NCBI GenBank assembly: GCA_018971525.1
Contig: JAGXAR010000013.1
Coordinates: 2,389 to 66,388 of the forward strand
From: Nitrospirota bacterium
Lineage (GTDB): Bacteria; Nitrospirota; Nitrospiria; Nitrospirales; Nitrospiraceae
Direction of reading: 5' to 3'
Length of the DNA stretch: 64,000 bases
In this document: positions 37,699-45,320 of the stretch, piece by piece
Numbering within the stretch: the first letter of the stretch is position 1
Layout of the letters: each line of letters begins with the position of its first letter
Translations under genes and position numbers: made by a program
Notes under the pieces: generated by a model
Told to the model about the DNA's origin: nothing
The model's database searches: none
The model's input: only the letters and a program-made list of their open reading frames with translations

Positions 37699-39132
37699 TC
37701 ATGGCTTGGTTGCCAGACAGACTGAAGGCCGAATGACCCACAACATCAAGAATGAAAACACCAGGGATCCGATCGCGGCCATCCAGAGGAACCAGTCGAG
37801 CTTGCCGATCACAGCAAAAATCAGAACGATGACGGAGAAATCGCGGCTCGCGACGTTCTTGAGCATGAAATCGGACCAGGCGGCCTGTACCGGCGTCTTC
37901 CATCCGTTCACGGACTTGATCTTTTGTGCGCGGGTGACAAGCCAGAACGAGAGTGCGTTCCCAGCAACCGCGGCCGAACCCAAGGCCAAGGGGACCCACG
38001 CCCCCTCGCTCCCGGACACGCGCAGGTAGGAACCCGCGGCGATGCCGCCAAAGATCGCCATATGCACCACGTTGTCCATGGCGATATCGAGCCAGGCTCC
38101 GAACGACGATTCGGTGAACGTCAGCCTGGCTACTTCGCCATCGCAGCAATCGATGATCGCCGCCAATTGGAACAACAGCGCGGCAATGATCCCGGCGCTG
38201 TAGGTCCCGACGCCAAACCCGGCAGCCGCGGCCAACCCGACCCCTGTGGCAAGGATTGTAATGGCGTTCGGCGAGAGGCCTGCGGCGAGAAAGATACGCG
38301 TGAACCAGCGGGAGACCTTCCGATTGAAGAACCGGTCGACGAAGCCTTCGAACTCGCCCTTGAGGGAATTGAAGAGTTTTTTCTCAGCCGCCTGCACATC
38401 GGCGGCATCGCGCACGTCCTGATACCAATGAGACCGGTTCGTCTCCGTGGACAACACCCGCACATGCCCGTCCACCGCGGCCAGTTCAAGCCATCGACGA
38501 ATCGGCACCGTGCCCGCTTCCACGCCGATGTGACCGGCCCCACTCATGAAACTGGCCGGAAGCACGACCAGGTCTGTCGCCACCAGCGCCGCGTCGTCCT
38601 GTCTGGATGTGATCGAAAGGAACCGTCCCGCCTGCGCCTTCACGCGCAAACCCGACCGCCTGCGCTGTCGATCCCGCTCGTGATCGGCCCGTGCCACGAC
38701 GATCGCCTCTCCCTCCTGCACCTTCTGGCGCAGACTCTCGATCAGGGGGCGCGGAAACACCCCCCGGACGCCGGACAGGAGACAAAACCCGCGAACTTCA
38801 GCAGCGAGCGCTTCCCAGGTGCGGGGATCATCGAGCGGAAACTCACGAATCGGCATCCAGCGGACAGGGATCGTCACACGTGGCCCTTTGCCCAATGCCT
38901 GTTTGAGTTGATCCTCCTCCGGTCCGACCAGCACCATGAGCTGCCGAATGCCGGCACGCTGGAGCGTCAACACAGTCCGCTGAAACAGGCCGATGCCCAC
39001 CACACTGGTGAGCGGACCCACCTCATCGGCATATAATCCGGCCGGCTCGCCAAACAGGCTCACCGAGGGTAAGAGAATCGCCGTGCTCAATCCCTGCACG
39101 TCGGCACGCTTTTGTATGAGGCTCTCGCTCAT
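37699..39132 (-). CDS. Fusion: NTP-transferase-like domain (N) + CDP-alcohol phosphatidyltransferase (C)
   Basis: The C-terminal half has DCCDGEVARLTFTESSFGAWLDIAMD, i.e. D-x2-D-G-x2-A-R-x8-G-x3-D-x3-D, within TM helices. The N-terminal ~230 aa are soluble and nucleotidyltransferase-like, with a degenerate G-loop. Confidence 0.75.
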   Translation of the reverse strand: MSESLIQKRADVQGLSTAILLPSVSLFGEPAGLYADEVGPLTSVVGIGLFQRTVLTLQRAGIRQLMVLVGPEEDQLKQALGKGPRVTIPVRWMPIREFPLDDPRTWEALAAEVRGFCLLSGVRGVFPRPLIESLRQKVQEGEAIVVARADHERDRQRRRSGLRVKAQAGRFLSITSRQDDAALVATDLVVLPASFMSGAGHIGVEAGTVPIRRWLELAAVDGHVRVLSTETNRSHWYQDVRDAADVQAAEKKLFNSLKGEFEGFVDRFFNRKVSRWFTRIFLAAGLSPNAITILATGVGLAAAAGFGVGTYSAGIIAALLFQLAAIIDCCDGEVARLTFTESSFGAWLDIAMDNVVHMAIFGGIAAGSYLRVSGSEGAWVPLALGSAAVAGNALSFWLVTRAQKIKSVNGWKTPVQAAWSDFMLKNVASRDFSVIVLIFAVIGKLDWFLWMAAIGSLVFSFLMLWVIRPSVCLATKP

Positions 39133-39217
39133 ATTCTATTCCGTCTCTCGTGTCTCGTCGTTCGTATCTCGCACGGCCGGTCAGGGCTTCAGATGAAACG
39201 TCCCACGACCGGCGCAG

Positions 39218-39937
39218 CTACAGTCTCGGCAACACGTCCCGTTCCGCTTTGGTCACATCTTCCAGGAAATCGATTTCGGTCCAGGGCAGCCCACCGATCT
39301 TCTCATGTCCGACTTTGACATTTTTGAAAAACCCCACGAGCGCATCTTCATATTCCATCTGCCAGGCCTCGCGGTCCACATAGGTCCTGAGCGACGCAAC
39401 CACATGGGGCGTATCGGCCTGTCGGACCTTGAGAAACCCCACGCCTTCTCCGGCATAGTCATAGTGCGACGGCATCTTTTTCGTCAATGCAATTACGCGC
39501 CCGCCTTCGACCACGACCATGCACTCTTCTCCGGTTTGCTTGACGGTTTCATCCATGAGCAGCGCGTTCTCGCAGGGGGATTGCACCAGTCGACGCAAGA
39601 TCTCTTGATGGAAAAGCACATCTGCATCCATGACGATCGCATCGTCATCCAACGCGGTGCGCGCGATCCACAGCGAGGAAATGCTGCCGCGGTGGAACTG
39701 CTCGTTGACGAGAAAATTCACGCGCACCCCGCAAGAGTTTGCTGCCACAGCCTCGCGAATCATCTCCTGCTTGTAGCCCACGACCACATCGGCACTCTGA
39801 ATCCCCACACTCCGGAGCGACGTGAGGTAGCGATGCAGGAGAGTCTGACCGCCGATCTCGATGAGGCACTTGGGGCGATGTTGCGTGATCTGCCACAGGC
39901 GCTTCCCGACCCCGGCCGCGAGGATGATGGCTTTCAT
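39218..39937 (-). CDS. Nucleotidyltransferase (LicC/PntC-like cytidylyltransferase)
   Basis: MKAIILAAGVGKRL pyrophosphorylase loop. ATG 39937 forms an ATGA overlap with the aminotransferase stop (the ORF-track start is TTG 39949). Confidence 0.75.
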   Translation of the reverse strand: MKAIILAAGVGKRLWQITQHRPKCLIEIGGQTLLHRYLTSLRSVGIQSADVVVGYKQEMIREAVAANSCGVRVNFLVNEQFHRGSISSLWIARTALDDDAIVMDADVLFHQEILRRLVQSPCENALLMDETVKQTGEECMVVVEGGRVIALTKKMPSHYDYAGEGVGFLKVRQADTPHVVASLRTYVDREAWQMEYEDALVGFFKNVKVGHEKIGGLPWTEIDFLEDVTKAERDVLPRL

Positions 39938-41016
39938 GCTGTGCAGCAAATCCGTTCAAATGCATCGAGGAATCCGACCAACTGCGCCTCCGTGAGGGCG
40001 CCCATGTTGGCCACGCGGAAGATCCTGCTCTCGAGTTGCCCTTGGCCCGCATAGATAACGTAGCCCTGCTTCTTCAGCTTGTCGTGCAACGATTGATAGG
40101 TGAGGCCCTCAGGGAGATGATAGGCGGTGATCGTGTTGGACTGCTTGTCGGGAGTCAGGACCGGCTTCACGCCTAGCTTCGTCATGCGGTCTCTGATCAA
40201 GGTCGCGACCTTCTTGTATCGCTGAATCCGCTTGGCGACCCCTTCCTCCATGAGTTCGTTCAACGCTTCGTCGAACGCATAATAGACCTGCACCGCCGGC
40301 GTGAACGGTATCGTTCCGCCGCCCTGGTCATCCACATACTGAGTGAGGTGGAGATAAATCGACCGTCTGGGGTAGCCACGCATCCGCTCCAAGAATCCCT
40401 TGCGGACGAGCACGAAGGCCAGGCCTGGAAATCCCTGGATACATTTTCCAGATGTGCCAGCCACCATATAGATGTGAGACCCGGCGATATCCAGCGGCTC
40501 CCCCGCCAAGGCGCTGACCGCGTCCAGAATGAACACCCGGTTCTGGCTGTCGACAACATCCGCGATCTCCTTGACCGGATTGATGAGTCCGGTGGTCGTC
40601 TCATGATGGACCATTCCAACCGCATGCACTTCCGGATGTTGTCGCAGCGCGAGCCGCAACCGCTCCGGATCCGGCCTCGTCGTCCAGTCGTACTTGAGTT
40701 CGGACACGCCCAGGCGATGCAGACCGACCATCTGGGACATGCGCTCGCCGTACACGCCGTTGTTGAGCACCAGCATCCGTTTGCCGTGCGGGAGCGACGA
40801 CATGACGGCGGACTCCACCGCCGCAGTTCCCGATCCGGTCATCACCACAGCGGCATAATCCGCTTCCGCCCCAGGCACAAAGAGCTTCAGCAGCTTCACC
40901 TGAATCCCGTGCAAGAGTTCGGTAAATTCCGACTCCCGATGGCAGATATCCGGACGCAACAGCGCCTGCCGTACCCGCTCTGACACATTCACCGGTCCTG
41001 GATTCAATAAGATCAT
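39934..41016 (-). CDS. Class-V PLP aminotransferase (2-aminoethylphosphonate:pyruvate / serine-pyruvate aminotransferase-like)
   Basis: MILLNPGPVNVS start and GTSGKCIQG PLP-lysine region. 360 aa. Confidence 0.7.
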   Translation of the reverse strand: MILLNPGPVNVSERVRQALLRPDICHRESEFTELLHGIQVKLLKLFVPGAEADYAAVVMTGSGTAAVESAVMSSLPHGKRMLVLNNGVYGERMSQMVGLHRLGVSELKYDWTTRPDPERLRLALRQHPEVHAVGMVHHETTTGLINPVKEIADVVDSQNRVFILDAVSALAGEPLDIAGSHIYMVAGTSGKCIQGFPGLAFVLVRKGFLERMRGYPRRSIYLHLTQYVDDQGGGTIPFTPAVQVYYAFDEALNELMEEGVAKRIQRYKKVATLIRDRMTKLGVKPVLTPDKQSNTITAYHLPEGLTYQSLHDKLKKQGYVIYAGQGQLESRIFRVANMGALTEAQLVGFLDAFERICCTA

Positions 41017-41187
41017 CTTGTCTCTCTCTTCCTTCCTTCCACCCCGTACCAGCGATCGAAACCGCTTCGACCGAGCGCGTCCAACGAGGGCTTCACTACC
41101 GTTCTCACTCCCCTACACTCGCGGCGCCGAGGCGCCGCGTTTCCCGACAGGCTGCGCGTTGCGCGAACAAGGGAGCGGCTCGATCGC

Positions 41188-41766
41188 TCATTCAATCGCT
41201 TTCATGAACCGCTTCGTAATGTCCGGCGGATCAAGCATCACGCGCCCGACATCTTCCACCATCTCATTGACTTTCACCAGCAACATGCTCGGCCCGTCTT
41301 TCTTCAGCATGTCTTTGAACTCGTAGACGAGGTCTTCGCGTTCCCGTACCCGTTCGACGTTCACATACCCGGCCGCCTTCGCCACCTTCTCAAGTGGGAC
41401 CACATTGGAAATCGTCGGCTGATTGCCGGTACTACCATAGACCTCATTGTCGAACACCACATGAATAAAATTCTTCGGCTTAAGCGCACCGACCGTGGCC
41501 AAGGTGCCCATCCCCATCAACACATTCCCATCACCGTCGAATATCACGACTTGCTTGTTCGGCTTGGCCAGCGCCACGCCCAGCCCGATCGCCGATGCCA
41601 CGCCCATGGACCCGATCATATAAAAATGGGTCGGACGATCGGCAATTTTGTAGGCCTCACGCGAGGGAAATCCGTTGCAAATAATCACCGGCTGATCGGT
41701 GAGCAGTTCCAATAAGGCCGCCATGGCCATCGCTCGACTCTGCATTGTTCCTTGTTCCGGCCTCAT
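41188..41766 (-). CDS. TPP-dependent 2-oxoacid decarboxylase, beta subunit (sulfopyruvate/phosphonopyruvate decarboxylase family)
   Basis: IFDGDGNVLMGMGTLATV...FDNEVYGSTG TPP-binding motif. Start reset to ATG 41766 (ATGA overlap with the alpha subunit). Confidence 0.75.
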   Translation of the reverse strand: MRPEQGTMQSRAMAMAALLELLTDQPVIICNGFPSREAYKIADRPTHFYMIGSMGVASAIGLGVALAKPNKQVVIFDGDGNVLMGMGTLATVGALKPKNFIHVVFDNEVYGSTGNQPTISNVVPLEKVAKAAGYVNVERVREREDLVYEFKDMLKKDGPSMLLVKVNEMVEDVGRVMLDPPDITKRFMKAIE

Positions 41767-42260
41767 GGATGCAACCCTCTCACGACACCTTTTGTAATCA
41801 AGAGGGCGACGGGGATTCGCTGCTTCATGAACGTCTCCGCCAGCCATTTCAGATCGTCAATCGCCGCCTTTTCCGACAGGGTGCGATGGGGGATCTTCAT
41901 CGTGTCGAGTAACTGCGGCATCACCTCGCCCATCACCAGATGCTCCGGCGCATCCTTGCCTTGATAGCCGCGCCAGGACACAATCAGAATACAGGGCTGG
42001 CGGTAAATCACGTTCAACGAAATGAGGGCGTTGAGGGACGTACCCAGTCCGGAATTCTGCATGAGCACGGCGGGGACCTTGCCGGACATGTAGGCACCGG
42101 CGGCCATGGCGACTGCTTCATCTTCCCGAACGGCCGGGGTATAGAGTCGCCGCTCCATCAACTCGGCAATGATGCCGCCCAGAATCGAATCCGGGACCCC
42201 CGTAAAGAAATCCACCCCGATATCCTGCAGGGCTTGGACAAACGCGTCGCTTTCAATCAT
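41763..42260 (-). CDS. TPP-dependent 2-oxoacid decarboxylase, alpha subunit (sulfopyruvate/phosphonopyruvate decarboxylase family)
   Basis: The 165-aa ORF has FFTGVPDSILGG and a pyrimidine-binding-domain pattern. Its ATG is preceded by GAGGAA. This is the first gene of the operon. Confidence 0.75.
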   Translation of the reverse strand: MIESDAFVQALQDIGVDFFTGVPDSILGGIIAELMERRLYTPAVREDEAVAMAAGAYMSGKVPAVLMQNSGLGTSLNALISLNVIYRQPCILIVSWRGYQGKDAPEHLVMGEVMPQLLDTMKIPHRTLSEKAAIDDLKWLAETFMKQRIPVALLITKGVVRGLHP

Positions 42261-42302
42261 CGTGTCGGTTCCTCGTCGCTATGCACATGGAAAAGCGGGC
42301 GC

Positions 42303-42332
42303 ATTATAAGCTATGCCTCGAGACATTCTCAA
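42303..42332 (-). promoter_or_regulatory. Candidate sigma70-type promoter of the 42260->24398 operon
   Basis: On the minus strand, TTGAGA (42332-42327), an 18-nt spacer and TATAAT (42308-42303). The -10 box lies 42 nt upstream of ATG 42260, inside a 121-bp divergent intergenic region. Confidence 0.4.
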
Positions 42333-42381
42333 CAAAACTGAGGGAGTTGCTCCATGCGATCGGCCATGGTAGCGTTCTGAC

Positions 42382-42915
42382 ATGATCGGACGGCAGAGAA
42401 ATCACGCGGGCCGACACCTTGCCCTGCTGGGACTCCTGCTCTGTATGAGCCGCCCCTTTCTTGCCCATGCGGTGCCGATGGTGAACGATCCGAACGGTTT
42501 TCAGAACCTGTCCTGGGGTACCACCCTGACGGCAAGGCCGGACTTGGAAGTTACCAGGGGCGGCCAGCATGTGAACGAATACCAATTGAGGGATAGCCCG
42601 CCGTTGTTTGCCGGAATCCCGGTCGAGAGCGTCCGCTTCTTGTCGGTCGATGAACAATTCGCCCGCGTGACCATCCGCTACCAGGGTGACGATCGGCACA
42701 GACAGATCCTCACCTATCTGGAACAACAGTTCGGCTCCATTGAGCGCGTCCCCGGGCAGATGATGCGGGGCCTCAATCAGCAGTATAATTGGCGAGGGAC
42801 TGATACTGAGATCAATTTGACCTACCATGCGAACACGCAGCGGGGATTCATTTTTATCGACAGCCGCACCCTGGCCCCTCGGTTCAACGACCAAATGGCC
42901 GATTCAGCCGACTAA
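42382..42915 (+). CDS. Secreted protein of unknown function (paralog A)
   Basis: Signal-peptide-like N-terminus ending in AHA. It shares AVPM.NDPNGF, F.RV.RYQG, IL.YL and VNL.Y motifs with the next ORF. Confidence 0.6.
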   Translation: MIGRQRNHAGRHLALLGLLLCMSRPFLAHAVPMVNDPNGFQNLSWGTTLTARPDLEVTRGGQHVNEYQLRDSPPLFAGIPVESVRFLSVDEQFARVTIRYQGDDRHRQILTYLEQQFGSIERVPGQMMRGLNQQYNWRGTDTEINLTYHANTQRGFIFIDSRTLAPRFNDQMADSAD

Positions 42916-43456
42916 TATTTCATGCATTCCCCACACGGAGCCGCGGATCCGTCACACCTCCCTCATCTGCATCCTTTTCGCGCTCGTCCTGCAGAGCACC
43001 CTGGCATTCGCCGTGCCGATGCAGAACGATCCTAACGGGTTCGAGGGGATCCCCTGGGGCGCGACTTTTTCTGAAACCGACACCTTCATTAAAGTAGAAG
43101 ACACCGGTCGGTCTCAAACCTTTGAACTGAAGACCGGGGCTGCTTCGCTCGGCCCGGTGAAGGTCGACTCCATGCGATTCGTGACCTCAGAAGGCAAATT
43201 CGCACGTGTCACCGTCCGCTACCAGGGCAAGGCAACCCACGATCAGATTCTTGCCTATCTCCAATCCCTCTATGGCTCGCTCGACCGCACACCGGGACAG
43301 ATCGCCGGCGGCCCCGTCAAAGTCTTTAGCTGGACTGGTTTCGAGACCGATGTAAACCTCCGATACGAGACCGGCGCCGATCGCGGCATCATCTTTTTCG
43401 AAAGCCAGGAACTCCGCCGCAAAATCACCGAAGGTAATTCGCCCACCGTGTTTTAA
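42827..43456 (+). CDS. Secreted protein of unknown function (paralog B); start uncertain
   Basis: Paralog of 42382-42915 with a signal peptide LICILFALVLQSTLAFA. The only canonical start (ATG 42827) overlaps paralog A by 89 nt. At the homologous start position only ATT codons (42917, 42926) are present. Confidence 0.55.
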   Translation: MRTRSGDSFLSTAAPWPLGSTTKWPIQPTNISCIPHTEPRIRHTSLICILFALVLQSTLAFAVPMQNDPNGFEGIPWGATFSETDTFIKVEDTGRSQTFELKTGAASLGPVKVDSMRFVTSEGKFARVTVRYQGKATHDQILAYLQSLYGSLDRTPGQIAGGPVKVFSWTGFETDVNLRYETGADRGIIFFESQELRRKITEGNSPTVF

Positions 43457-43495
43457 CCGGCACGCGCCTTCTGCCTGAAGGTCCAAAAACTTTTA

Positions 43496-43622
43496 GCGGG
43501 ATGCTGAAAAAGTCCGTCAGCCTCGTTCTCGCCCCGCGAAGAGGCTCCCCATACCGAAGAGAGTACGCAGAGCCTCTTCGCGTGCTGCGGCCTTCCTGGA
43601 AAACGTTTGAGCATTCTGCCGG
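43496..43622. repeat. MITE-like repeat, short variant (copy 1)
   Basis: Imperfect terminal inverted repeats (TIRs): GCGGGATGCTGAAAAAGTCC at the left end and GGAAAACGTTTGAGCATTCTGCC at the right. An internal palindrome GAAGAGGCTC..GAGCCTCTTC is present. The copy encodes the pseudo-ORF MLKKSVSLVLA. Confidence 0.7.
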
Positions 43623-44038
43623 ATACTCTCCCATTGCCCCAGAGCCGCGGGCCATTGAACGTCTATCATGCCACAATTGCTATGTTCACAACTGCGGCAC
43701 GGTCTCGCCTCAAGCGCAACTATCTTCACGGACATCGCCCAAGAATTGACGGACCGCGGCCATACCGTGACCTCCGTGCCCATCTTCAAAGCTTGGGCCA
43801 AGATTCTCCAGTAGCCTTCGGTATCCTCCCTCTCACGATCAGCCTCGCTGTCTTTCTCCAGCATGGGCTCGCCCATCCCCGTAAAACCCTCGGCCATTGT
43901 GGCCCAGCGTCCAATTCCCCCTCTTCTGGTGGGGCCTCAATCCCCTCTCTTTAGGGATGGTCGAAATTCCGGGATGCGGTATTCTCAAACTGTCGCGAGG
44001 GACAGAGGAACCGCGGCGGAACCACGGAGGAGGCACCG

Positions 44039-44455
44039 ATGAAGCTGAGTCACCCTGCTCTCAAGATTAACAGCCAGAAAGCTCATTCGCTCTTGGATAG
44101 GCGGTATGCCGAACGCGTTCCGATTCGCTACCGAGTCAGCTACTCAGGAGCAGAAGGCGCACGAATCGTCACAGGAGAGGGAACCCTGAAAGACCTCTCC
44201 AAAACTGGATGCAAGATCTTGGGCATGACCACAAGCTCGCTGGGAAGCAGCCTCACCCTGCTCCTCTACCTTGAGGATGGGCAGGCCCCCATGTGCCTCA
44301 CCAGCGTCACCGTCTCCTGGATCGATCGAGTCTCATTTTCTGTCAGATTCCCCAAGCTGTCAGCGGAAGAGCGGAAGCGGCTGCAAGAAGTGATCTGGAA
44401 ACATGTCAGCCTGTCGTCCTTGGACGATCGGCGGACGGCATTCCGAATCGTCTAA
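44039..44455 (+). CDS. PilZ-domain protein (stand-alone), paralog 1
   Basis: RRYAER (RxxxR) and DLSKTG (DxSxxG) motifs about 28 aa apart. SD GGAGGAGG. Confidence 0.8.
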   Translation: MKLSHPALKINSQKAHSLLDRRYAERVPIRYRVSYSGAEGARIVTGEGTLKDLSKTGCKILGMTTSSLGSSLTLLLYLEDGQAPMCLTSVTVSWIDRVSFSVRFPKLSAEERKRLQEVIWKHVSLSSLDDRRTAFRIV

Positions 44456-44483
44456 GCGTTGATCCAACGTCACGGAGGAAATC

Positions 44484-44876
44484 ATGCATGCTCACACCAT
44501 CGCTCCCACCACCGCAGTAGATGAACTCCCCGGTCAATCCAACCGCCGGCACGGCAGACGAACCCCGACACTCTTCTCGTTGCTCTATTCCGGCATGGAC
44601 GCCGGCCAGATACTCATGGCGGACGGCGTCGTCACCAACCTCTCATCGAGCGGGATTGGTATTCGCGGGAACCGCCCGGTCAAACCCGGAATGGAGCTGG
44701 CTCTCTTTGTCGACCTTCCTGGAGTGGAGGAGCCGCTATGCATTGCCCAAAGCCGGGTCTCCTGGGTTGAGGGACGTCGATTCGGGGTGGAGTTGGGGAC
44801 CCTGAAGTTGGAGGAGCAAAATCATCTGCGATTCTTCTTGTGGGATCGCATCACCCCCTCAGACCGCGGCATCTGA
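44484..44876 (+). CDS. PilZ-domain protein (stand-alone), paralog 2
   Basis: RRHGRR and NLSSSG motifs. SD ACGGAGGAA. Confidence 0.8.
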   Translation: MHAHTIAPTTAVDELPGQSNRRHGRRTPTLFSLLYSGMDAGQILMADGVVTNLSSSGIGIRGNRPVKPGMELALFVDLPGVEEPLCIAQSRVSWVEGRRFGVELGTLKLEEQNHLRFFLWDRITPSDRGI

Positions 44877-44905
44877 GACCGTAGCAGGAACAAGGAGGTG
44901 CCCTC

Positions 44906-45292
44906 ATGAAACGAGCACAGGTCACATCCGGAAGTAGGCTTCAGTCTGTGGCGGAGGCGGTCAATCAGAGGCAAACCTCCCGGACCCCAGTAGAGTTCGG
45001 GTTGATGTACTCGGCGCAAGACCGTTCCGGCGAGGTTCTCATGGGCGATGGCATGGTCACGGATCTTTCTCATCATGGATTGGGCATTCGCGGCAACACC
45101 GCCGTTGCGCCGGGGATGGAACTTACGATTTTCCTCTACCTCCCCGACGGAAAGGACCCGCTCTTCGTGATGGAAGCGAGAGTGGCATGGACCTCAGGAC
45201 GTCGGTTTGGAGTCGAGATCCTCAAGATGGGCTTACGGGAAGGTAACCGGCTCCGTCATTTCTTGTGTTCGAACCTCACACATTCCGATTAG
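44906..45292 (+). CDS. PilZ-domain protein (stand-alone), paralog 3
   Basis: QRQTSR and DLSHHG motifs. SD AAGGAGG. Confidence 0.8.
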   Translation: MKRAQVTSGSRLQSVAEAVNQRQTSRTPVEFGLMYSAQDRSGEVLMGDGMVTDLSHHGLGIRGNTAVAPGMELTIFLYLPDGKDPLFVMEARVAWTSGRRFGVEILKMGLREGNRLRHFLCSNLTHSD

Positions 45293-45320
45293 ACGGAGTG
45301 CCTGCTGTACAGAGACCCCT

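Noticed and set aside
37924-39036. 370-aa plus-strand ORF.
   Set aside because: It is antisense to the CDP-alcohol phosphotransferase fusion gene, which carries a perfect family signature.
41121-41138. GC palindrome GCGGCGCC-GA-GGCGCCGC between the decarboxylase and aminotransferase genes, considered as a terminator.
   Set aside because: No U-tract follows on the transcribed (minus) strand, and the nominal loop is only 2 nt. It may be an mRNA structure, but the evidence is too weak to call.
36671-42381. Search for a PEP mutase (EDK...NS-type motif, ~290-430 aa) in all six frames around the head-group module.
   Set aside because: No ORF with such a pattern was seen anywhere in the window. 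The absence is reported as a finding rather than forcing an assignment.
42304-42894. 196-aa minus-strand ORF that would extend the large operon upstream.
   Set aside because: It is antisense to secreted paralog A, which has a signal peptide and an adjacent paralog. It has no motif, and in particular it is not PepM-like.
43517-43954. ORFs 43517-43897 (-) and 43607-43954 (+) in the spacer between the secreted paralogs and the PilZ array.
   Set aside because: They overlap each other and a MITE copy. The plus-strand ORF is Arg/Pro-rich, and the minus-strand ORF terminates inside the repeat. There is no motif or SD support, so the region is left unannotated.
43955-44038. Possible c-di-GMP riboswitch upstream of the PilZ array.
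   Set aside because: The 84-nt leader shows none of the conserved GEMM-type elements that I can recognise by eye. A covariance-model search would be needed.
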